Shown here one piece after another: positions 44,989 to 52,098 of a stretch of DNA of 54,392 bases (positions are counted from its first letter, which is position 1; each line of letters starts with the position of its first letter). Both the position numbers and the translations under genes were made by a program. The stretch is from Deltaproteobacteria bacterium (GTDB taxonomy: Bacteria; Desulfobacterota; Deferrisomatia; Deferrisomatales; JACRMM01), in assembly GCA_037446775.1 (NCBI GenBank), contig JBBIIA010000010.1:1-54392 (forward strand), read 5' to 3'. A model generated the notes under the pieces. That model was not told where the DNA came from. It saw only the letters and a program-made list of their open reading frames with translations, and did no database searches.

Positions 44989-46398
44989 ATGCGCTCGATC
45001 GCCATGGCCACCCTACTCGGACTCGCCCTCATCGGCCAGCCCACCCGAGCGACGACAACGCCGCCCGCCGGCTTCACCCTGCTGTACTCCGCGGACGAAC
45101 GGGGCGAGATCGAGCCCTGCGGGTGACAGGACAACCCGCGTGGCGGTCTGGCCAAGCGAGCGACGTACATCCAGGGCGTTCGCGCCGAAGGGCGACCCCA
45201 CCTGGTGGTGTCGGCCGGTAACCTGTTGTTTCGCCGGGAGCGGCTGAAGGCGGAGCACCGGGAGGCGGATCGCCTCAAGGCGGACCTGCTGCTCCGGGGC
45301 TACCACCTCACGGGGATCGACGCCCTCAACGTCGGCGCCTACGACCTCTCCCTGGGCGTCGGCTACCTTCGGGCCAAGCAAGCCGAGCACCGCCTCCCGC
45401 TGCTCTCGGCGAACCTCCGCGACGAGAAGGGGAACCTCTGGTTTCGGCCCCACGTCCTCAAGGAGGTCGGGGGCGTCAAGGTGGGCATCCTCGGCCTCAC
45501 CGATCCCCGACTGAAGGTGGACAAGATCCCCGGGGGAGAGCAGGTGCGGGTTCAGCCCCCCCGGGAGAGCGTGGATGCCGCCGTGCGCGAGCTCAAGGCC
45601 CAGGGCGCCACCTACCTCGTGCTCCTGACCGATATGACCAGCCGATCCCTGCGCCGACTCGCCGCCAAGGGGCTCCCCGTAGACGCCATCATCGCCAGCG
45701 ACGAGCGCAACCAGATCGCCTCCCCCTTCTTCCTCGGTCCTACCTACGTGACCCACCTGGACCGGGGAGGCAAGTGCATCGGCCGCCTCGAGGTGGCCCT
45801 GCTCAAGCCCGGGCAGGAGCCACCGCCGGGCACCCTGCGCACCACCGGGCGCCCCGGAGGGGAAGTGGCCTACCGAAACACCTTCGTCCAACTGCGGCTC
45901 TCGATCCCCGACGACCCGATCCTCGGCCCGCTGGTAGCGGCGGTCGCCCAGCGGGTGGCCGAACTCCAGGAGGAGTCGAGCAAGAAGCTCCAGCCGGTGG
46001 CCGACTCCGACTGCGGCAAGCGGTATCTCGGCGCCGGCGCCTGCGTCTCCTGCCACTCGGACCGCCACCGGGGCTGGTCGGCCACCAGCCACGCCCTGGC
46101 GTACACCACCTTGGTCAAGCGCAAGAAGCAGTTCGACGAGGACTGCCTCGCCTGCCACACCTTGGGTTTCGAGTGTGAAGGGGGGTTCTTCGACCCGGAG
46201 AACCTGGGCGGCTTCGCCCACGTCCAGTGCGAATCCTGCCACGGTCCGGGGCAGGTCCACGTGGAAGCCAAGGGCAAGGCCCCCATGCCCACCCGTCGCC
46301 CCTCGGCCGCCGTGTGTCGCCGTTGCCACACCGAGGAGAAGAGCCCGGATCTAGACCTCGCCCGGGCCCGCCTGACGATCTGCCGCCCCGCTCCCTAG
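44989..46398 (+). CDS. Candidate selenoprotein: secreted degenerate 5'-nucleotidase/metallophosphoesterase-like domain fused to a tetraheme cytochrome c; in-frame TGA (45124..45126) read as Sec
   Basis: ATG 44989 follows GAGGAG. Signal peptide MRSIAMATLLGLALIG. Same frame as track ORF 45205..46398. The junction reads ...ADERGEIEPCG-[TGA]-QDNPRGGLAKRATYI.... The C-terminus has 4 CXXCH sites (CVSCH, CLACH, CESCH, CRRCH). Confidence 0.7.
45137..45158 (+). other. SECIS-like hairpin downstream of the in-frame TGA of the plus-strand paralog
   Basis: CGCGTGGC-GGTCTG-GCCAAGCG, an 8-position stem with one mismatch that starts 11 nt after the TGA. GGTCT occupies +19..+23, the same offset as in the other paralog. 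Confidence 0.45.
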
Positions 46399-46401
46399 GG
46401 A

Positions 46402-46500
46402 GGCTCAGACCGTCGAGGTACGAGAGGGGGGGGCTTCTTGCAGGATGAACAGGATTTCTCGGGTCTGCCTGCCGCTGGCATCCTGAACACCCTGCGAGCA
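46402..46500 (+). repeat. Intergenic repeat element, copy 5 (CTCAGACCGTCGAGGTACGAGAGG module plus degenerate arms)
   Basis: GGCTCAGACCGTCGAGGTACGAGAGGGGGGGGCTTCTTGCAGGATGAACAGGAT...GGCATCCTGAACACCCTG. Starts 4 nt after the TAG stop at 46398. Confidence 0.85.
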
Positions 46501-46532
46501 TCGAGGCCCCGGCGTCGCCGCCGGGGCCTCGA
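46501..46532. terminator. Strong GC hairpin between convergent genes (possible bidirectional terminator)
   Basis: TCGAGGCCCCGGCG-TCGC-CGCCGGGGCCTCGA, a perfect 14-bp stem. It lies 5 nt from the stop of the minus-strand CbcL-like gene. There is no clear U-tract, so the terminator function is inferred. Confidence 0.55.
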
Positions 46533-46536
46533 CTCT

Positions 46537-48372
46537 TCAGTGGGCCAAAAACCCCCAGACGATCAAGCCGATGCACAGGAGGCCGATCCCCAGGGCGGTG
46601 AACCCGAAGAGGTGCCCCAGGAGGTCGGCGAGGGGGTGGGTCGGTTTGGCGCGCATCGACTCCAGGGTGCCCTTGGCGCGGAGCCGCTCCACCCAGGAGG
46701 CCCGTTCCTCCCACAGCTCGTACTTCGGCATCCGTCCCTGGAAGATCACCATGTCCATGGGGAACTTACCGGGCCGGAAGTGGGTGTTGAAGAAGTGCAC
46801 CGTGAAGATGAAGCCGGTCGCCAAGAGGGCCTCGTCGCTGTGGACGATGATGGCGACGTTGAAGATCCACCCGGGGAGGACCGCGCCAAACCACTCGGGG
46901 AACCACAGCAGAAGCCCCGAGCCGCCGATGGCGAACATCCCCCAGAAGACCGCCAGGAAGTCGAACTTCTCCCAGTACGTCCAGCGGTCGAAGGTCGGCT
47001 CCTTCCCGCGGCCGAAGAACCACCGGATCATCGCTCCGATGTCCGTCACGTCCCGCCGGTTGGGGAAGAGGGAGTCGGGCCCAAAGAGCTTCTGCCAGAA
47101 GCTCTCTCCGGTCTTCTTGAACAGCAAGTAGTAACAGACGTAGGCGAGGCAGGCACCGAAGTACACGAAGGTGACCACGGCGCACACCCGGTGCCAATAC
47201 CCCGCCATGTGCGGTCCGCCCAAAAGCTTCATGATCGCCGGCGCCCAGGGGGCGTCGTAAAACTTGAGGGGCAGGCCGGTGATGACCAGGCCCAGGAAGC
47301 TCACCACCATCAGAAGGTGCTGCATCCGATCGAACCCGTTGAACCGCCGGTAGGGCCGCAGGGGCTCGTCCACGTGGGGGTGGGCGTAGTGCCCATCCAG
47401 AAGCTTCTGGCAGCGGGCCCAGTAGGCCTTGCGCCACCACAAGAAGGTGTGGAGCCAGAAGACCGCGAAGACCGCCACCAGGAGGCTCGTCATGGCCACG
47501 AAGGTGTAGTACAGGACGGGGTAGTTTTCCTTGTCCCGGTGGTCGGCGTGGGACAGGAACTGGGCGAAGAGCGGCGTCGCGTGGGGGTGGCAGACGGCGC
47601 AGGTCGCCACCACCCGGTCCGGGTGAATGGTCGACTCGGGATCGTCGGCCCGGCGCACCGCGTGGGCGCTGTGGCAGTCGGCACACCCCGCGGCCAGGGC
47701 CGAGCCGAGGGCCTCGACCTTGCCGTGGTAGCTCTCCTCGTAGGTCCTGGAAGCCACCACAAGAACGTCGTTGCGCGCCATCATGGCGGCGTCGGCGTGG
47801 CAGCGCTGGCAGGTCTCGGTGTGGAACTCCCGGCCGGCGTGGGTGTTCTTGTCGGGCACCGGCTCGATGCGGTGCATGCCGTGGCAGTCCGCACAGGACG
47901 CCGAGTCGTTGTTCCCCGCCGCCACCGCCACCCCGTGGACGCTAGCCAGGTAGGCATCGCCGTCGTGGCAGCCGAGGCACTTGTCCACCACGCTCTGCTT
48001 GTTGCCGTCCCACTTCTGGATGGTGTGCACGTCCGAGTGGCAGTCCGCGCACTTGATGTCGTTGAGCATGTGGGCCGAGGCGAAGTGGTCACGCCCCTGG
48101 TTGGGATGGCAGCGGTGGCAGGTGTCCACCTTGTCCTGGGTCCGGGACCCGCAAGTCTCGTGGTCGGCGATGTCGACCACGTCGTAGTGGCAGCTGTTGC
48201 AGGCGTGGCGGCCGTGGGCAGAAGCGGCGAACGCCGCGTAGTCCATCTCCTCGTGGCACTCGATGCACCGACTGTCGTCGATGGTCGCCCACGCCACCGG
48301 CACGCCCCCCAAGAGCAGCAACGCACCCAGGACCCAACTCCCCAATCGTCCCTCGTCCAAACGGATACGCAT
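46537..48372 (-). CDS. CbcL-like fusion: periplasmic nine-heme cytochrome c domain plus integral-membrane b-type cytochrome (HydC/FdnI-like) domain
   Basis: 611 aa with a signal/anchor sequence. Nine CXXCH sites (CIECH, CNSCH, CHRCH, CADCH, CLGCH, CADCH, CQRCH, CADCH, CAVCH). These are followed by 4-5 TM helices with conserved His (e.g. RMQHLLMV, YWHRVCAV, IIVHSDEAL, FTVHFFNTH). Confidence 0.88.
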   Translation of the reverse strand: MRIRLDEGRLGSWVLGALLLLGGVPVAWATIDDSRCIECHEEMDYAAFAASAHGRHACNSCHYDVVDIADHETCGSRTQDKVDTCHRCHPNQGRDHFASAHMLNDIKCADCHSDVHTIQKWDGNKQSVVDKCLGCHDGDAYLASVHGVAVAAGNNDSASCADCHGMHRIEPVPDKNTHAGREFHTETCQRCHADAAMMARNDVLVVASRTYEESYHGKVEALGSALAAGCADCHSAHAVRRADDPESTIHPDRVVATCAVCHPHATPLFAQFLSHADHRDKENYPVLYYTFVAMTSLLVAVFAVFWLHTFLWWRKAYWARCQKLLDGHYAHPHVDEPLRPYRRFNGFDRMQHLLMVVSFLGLVITGLPLKFYDAPWAPAIMKLLGGPHMAGYWHRVCAVVTFVYFGACLAYVCYYLLFKKTGESFWQKLFGPDSLFPNRRDVTDIGAMIRWFFGRGKEPTFDRWTYWEKFDFLAVFWGMFAIGGSGLLLWFPEWFGAVLPGWIFNVAIIVHSDEALLATGFIFTVHFFNTHFRPGKFPMDMVIFQGRMPKYELWEERASWVERLRAKGTLESMRAKPTHPLADLLGHLFGFTALGIGLLCIGLIVWGFLAH

Positions 48373-48852
48373 GGCAGCACTCCCTCAATCAAGAAGAAGT
48401 CAAATGTACCCCCTGGTTTCCTACTCGGACGGTCTCGTTTCGGTGCCACCTCCTCCCCGGAGCCGCACTGCCCCACTTCGTGAATAAGCGACTTTTCACA
48501 AGCCTAACCCCGCCGGGGGCTCGCCCGCCACGGATCATAGGAGGGTTCCCCGCTCGGATCAAGGCAATTGGCGTGCGGCAGCGCGGGTCGGCCCCGTCGA
48601 GGGGCATCCCGGGGGCCGGGCGAGGGACCGGGAAAGCCCGGTGTGACGCCCCGCGCCCGAGCCTTGACGGCGTTCGTCGCGAGGGGCTACGGTGGAGCCC
48701 CGGGGCAGGGACCCCGGCGAGGGGCGGGCCTGGGTGGCGGGGACGACCACGGCCCCCGAAGGCGTTTCCCCCCTTCACCGTTCCCGCCGGGACGGCGGGT
48801 TGCCCTCGGCCCCGGTCCGGCCACCGCTGCCGGGGCCCGGTAAGGAGACGGC

Positions 48853-50202
48853 ATGGACGACCGGGACGGCCACTACCGCAAGAAGTACCTCGACCTCCTC
48901 TCCGAGCTCGAGCGCAAAGAACGGGACTGGGCCGCGCTCGACGAGCGGTTGCGGCGCATCCTGGCCCACCTCATCCTCCTCGCCGGCACCCCCGGAGCGG
49001 CGGATTTCGCCTCGGACCTCGGCGCCATGCGGGACGCCCTCAAGGGGGGGCTCGACCTTGCCACCCTCGAGGCACGGCTCGAGGACCTAAAGACCCGGGT
49101 CCTCCGCGAGCGCCGCTGGGCCGACGGAGCCCCCGACTTCCCGCCCATCCACCAGATCCTGATCCACCTGGTGGAGCGGCTCCCCCTGCCCCCGGAGTTG
49201 AGCGAAGCGGTTCTAGCAGTGGTGGAGGGCCTGGAGCCGGGCATCCCCCCCGACGGACTCCCGGACGCCATCGAGGCGGTCACCTCCCTGGTGACCCGGG
49301 TTCGCGTCCGGATGCAGGAAGAGAAGCGGGAGCTCGAGGGCCTACTCCTCGAGATCACCAGCCGCCTCAAGGAACTCGGCGACTCCCTGGACGACACCTG
49401 CCAAGAGGTCCGCGCCGGCTCCGCCGCCCATCGGGATCTGGACGAAGCGCTCACCGCCCAGGTGCGAGGGCTCGCCGCCACCACGGAAGGCGCGAAGGAT
49501 CTCGAGTCCCTGCGATCGGTCGTGCGCAGTGCCCTGGCGTCGATCCAGGACCGGCTAGACGCCCGCCAACACGGCGGGGGTAACCGCAGCGAGAAGCTCC
49601 TGGCCGAGATCGAGCGGCTTCGGGGCACGGTGTCGACCCTGGAGGCCGAGGTCTCGGAGCACCGGGAGAATACCCGCCGCGCCCGCGAGGCGAGCCTGCG
49701 CGACCCCTTGACCGGCTGCTTCAACCGCCTCGCCTACGACGAGCGCATGCGCACCGAAGCAGCGCGGTGGCACCGGTACCGCGCGCCCCTGTCCCTGGCG
49801 CTTCTGGACCTGGACCGTTTCAAGGCCATCAACGACACCTACGGGCACCGGGCCGGCGATCAGGTCCTCCGGACGGTGGCCCAGGTGGCGATGAGCCAGG
49901 TACGCCAGGTGGACTTCCTCACCCGCCACGGCGGGGAAGAGTTCGCCATCCTCCTGCCCGAGACCGGCCTGGAGGCCGCCCTGGCCGTGGCCGAAAAGGT
50001 TCGCCGCGCGGTGGCGGGCTTCCGCTTCCACTCCCGGGGTCGGCGGATCCCCATCTCCCTCTCCTGCGGCGTCGCCTCCTTTCGGGAAGGAGACACCGCC
50101 GACACCGTCTTCGAGCGGGCGGACCGCGCCTTGTACCGCGCCAAGGCCGGGGGCCGCAATCGCTGCGTCACCGAGGCCGACGACGCCGAAGGAGGCCGCT
50201 GA
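48853..50202 (+). CDS. Diguanylate cyclase (GGDEF domain) with a long coiled-coil N-terminal region
   Basis: ATG 48853 follows AAGGAG. C-terminal DPLTGCFNR...DLDRFKAINDTYGH..GD...RHGGEEFAILLP (GGEEF active site) and RADRALYRAKAGGRN. Confidence 0.9.
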   Translation: MDDRDGHYRKKYLDLLSELERKERDWAALDERLRRILAHLILLAGTPGAADFASDLGAMRDALKGGLDLATLEARLEDLKTRVLRERRWADGAPDFPPIHQILIHLVERLPLPPELSEAVLAVVEGLEPGIPPDGLPDAIEAVTSLVTRVRVRMQEEKRELEGLLLEITSRLKELGDSLDDTCQEVRAGSAAHRDLDEALTAQVRGLAATTEGAKDLESLRSVVRSALASIQDRLDARQHGGGNRSEKLLAEIERLRGTVSTLEAEVSEHRENTRRAREASLRDPLTGCFNRLAYDERMRTEAARWHRYRAPLSLALLDLDRFKAINDTYGHRAGDQVLRTVAQVAMSQVRQVDFLTRHGGEEFAILLPETGLEAALAVAEKVRRAVAGFRFHSRGRRIPISLSCGVASFREGDTADTVFERADRALYRAKAGGRNRCVTEADDAEGGR

Positions 50203-50228
50203 TCCCCTGGCCACCGCAGGCTTTCTCG

Positions 50229-50257
50229 TTGACACCCGGCGACGCCTCTGCTACCGT
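50229..50257 (+). promoter_or_regulatory. Possible sigma70-type promoter upstream of birA (TTGACA-17 nt-TACCGT)
   Basis: Perfect -35 hexamer, 17-nt spacer and a weak -10, 48 nt upstream of ATG 50306. Based on hexamer match only. Confidence 0.3.
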
Positions 50258-50305
50258 AGCGCCGCCGCCTTCATAGTCGCAACCAGGCGAAATCAAAGGG
50301 TTTTC

Positions 50306-51307
50306 ATGGCGACTCCCCTGGCCGAAGACATCCTCCGGCGCCTCTTGGAAGCCCGTGGGTCGCCCGTATCCGGCCAGGACCTGGCGCGCACCCTGGGGGT
50401 GACCCGAGCCGGGGTCTGGAAGGCGGTCGCCGCCCTGCGGCGCCAGGGACTCGGGATCCAGAGCCTCCCCGCCCGGGGGTACCGGCTGGACTCCTCGGGG
50501 CGGCGCCTGGAGCCCGCGGCCATTGCCGCCGGGCTCGCCACGCGGCGCATCGGCCGGGCCGTTCGCCACTTCGCCCAGACCGCCTCCACCAACCGCGACG
50601 CCGAGGCCTGGGCCCTGGAGGGCGCCCCCGACGGCGCCCTAGTGGTGGCCGACCACCAGACCGCGGGCCGCGGGCGCCTGGGGCGGGCGTGGCTCGACGC
50701 CCCGGGACACAGCCTGCTCTTGAGCCTGGTCCTTCGGCCACCGGTTCCCGCCGCCGATGCTCCCTCCCTCACCTTTGTCGCCGCGGTGGCGCTGGCCGAA
50801 GCCCTGGCGCGGTGGATCCCCCCGAGTGAGGTGACCATCAAGTGGCCCAACGACGTCCTGGTGGCAGGGCGCAAGGTGGCCGGCATCCTCCTGGAGATGC
50901 GCAGCGAAGGGCAGCGGGTGGAGCACGTCATCCTCGGCATCGGCGTCAACGTCGGAAGCCAGGGCGAGGCCCTCCCGCCAGACGTTCGCTCCCTGGCCAC
51001 GGCGGTGGAGACCCACAGCGGCCCCGCCCGCCCGGACCGGCTGGAGCTCCTGTGGGCGCTCCTGGCGTCCTTCGAGGCCACCTACGACGCCTTCCTGGCC
51101 GACGGGTTCCTTCCCATCCAGGCCCGCTGGGACGGCTGGGCGAACCTGGGGGGGCGGTGGCTCGCCGTTTTCACCCCCGGCGGCCCCGTCGAGGGGCGCG
51201 CCCTCGGGCTCACCCCGCGGGGCGCCCTGCTGCTGGAAGACGAGGTCGGAGCCCGGCGGGAGGTCTACGCCGGCGACGTAGCCTGGACGACGACGAGGAA
51301 TCCATGA
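50306..51307 (+). CDS. birA: Bifunctional biotin-[acetyl-CoA-carboxylase] ligase / biotin operon repressor
   Basis: N-terminal winged HTH (SGQDLARTLGVTRAGVWKAVAALR), the GRGRLGRAW biotin-binding loop and KWPNDVLV. Confidence 0.92.
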   Translation: MATPLAEDILRRLLEARGSPVSGQDLARTLGVTRAGVWKAVAALRRQGLGIQSLPARGYRLDSSGRRLEPAAIAAGLATRRIGRAVRHFAQTASTNRDAEAWALEGAPDGALVVADHQTAGRGRLGRAWLDAPGHSLLLSLVLRPPVPAADAPSLTFVAAVALAEALARWIPPSEVTIKWPNDVLVAGRKVAGILLEMRSEGQRVEHVILGIGVNVGSQGEALPPDVRSLATAVETHSGPARPDRLELLWALLASFEATYDAFLADGFLPIQARWDGWANLGGRWLAVFTPGGPVEGRALGLTPRGALLLEDEVGARREVYAGDVAWTTTRNP

Positions 51308-52083
51308 ACGACGCTCCCCTTCTCCTGGTGGTGGACGTGGGCAACACCCACACCGTCCTCGGCGTCTACCGGGGCACGGAGCTTAGGGGCCACTGGCGGG
51401 TGGCCTCCGAGCACCACCGCACCCCCGACGAGCTCGGCGTGGTCCTGCGCAGCCTCTTCGGGCTCAAGGGGATCCGGGTGGAGGAGATCCAGGGCATCGC
51501 CGTGGCGTCGGTGGTCCCGGCCCTCACCCCCACCTTCGAGGAGGTGTGCCTGGAGTACTTCCACCAAAAGCCCCTGGTAGTAGGGCCGGGCATCCGCACC
51601 GGCATGCCCATCCAGTACGAGGACCCCCGGGAGGTCGGCGCCGACCGCATCGTCAACGCCGTCGGCGGGTACGCCAAGTACCAGACGGCCCTGATCATCG
51701 TCGACTTCGGCACGGCGACCACCTTCGACTACGTAAACCCCGAGGGAGCCTACCTGGGCGGCATGATCGCCCCTGGCCTCGCCATCGGCATGGAGGCGCT
51801 GTTCCAGCGCACCAGCAAGCTCCCCAAGGTGACCCTGGCCCGCCCCCCCCGGGTCCTCGGGCGCAACACCGTCCACTCCATGCAGTCGGGGATCTTGTTC
51901 GGATACGCGGCCCTGGTAGACGGCCTGATCGACCGCCTGGTGGCCGAGGTCGGCGGTAAGCCCCTGGTGCTCGCCACCGGGGGCCTCGCCTCCCTGGTGG
52001 CCGGCGAGGCGCGGCGGATCCAGCGGGTGGAGGAGTTCCTGACCCTCGAAGGCTTGAGGATTTTGCACGAGCGAAACGCGTGA
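51304..52083 (+). CDS. coaX: Type III pantothenate kinase
   Basis: LLVVDVGNTHTVLG, GADRIVNAV and IVDFGTATTFD motifs. ATGA overlap with birA. Confidence 0.92.
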   Translation: MNDAPLLLVVDVGNTHTVLGVYRGTELRGHWRVASEHHRTPDELGVVLRSLFGLKGIRVEEIQGIAVASVVPALTPTFEEVCLEYFHQKPLVVGPGIRTGMPIQYEDPREVGADRIVNAVGGYAKYQTALIIVDFGTATTFDYVNPEGAYLGGMIAPGLAIGMEALFQRTSKLPKVTLARPPRVLGRNTVHSMQSGILFGYAALVDGLIDRLVAEVGGKPLVLATGGLASLVAGEARRIQRVEEFLTLEGLRILHERNA

Positions 52084-52098
52084 CGGAAAGGAGCGGGC

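Noticed and set aside
45124-45126. Alternative explanations for the in-frame TGAs: genome-wide UGA reassignment (Trp/Gly), or programmed frameshifting.
   Set aside because: TGA functions as an ordinary stop for many genes in this window, including the coupled GTGA junctions. No frame change is needed to connect the two halves, because both halves are in the same frame. Pseudogenisation cannot be excluded, but it is unlikely to hit the same codon in two diverged paralogs.
48373-48600. GEMM-I (c-di-GMP/cGAMP) riboswitch or a sigma54 promoter upstream of the CbcL-like gene. A TGGCAC occurs on the minus strand near 48445.
   Set aside because: I could not find the GEMM-I conserved core (GCAAA...GGACGCAAAGCC-like segments with a GNRA tetraloop). 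The TGGCAC is not followed by TTGC at the required 5-nt spacing. An Infernal scan would be the proper test.
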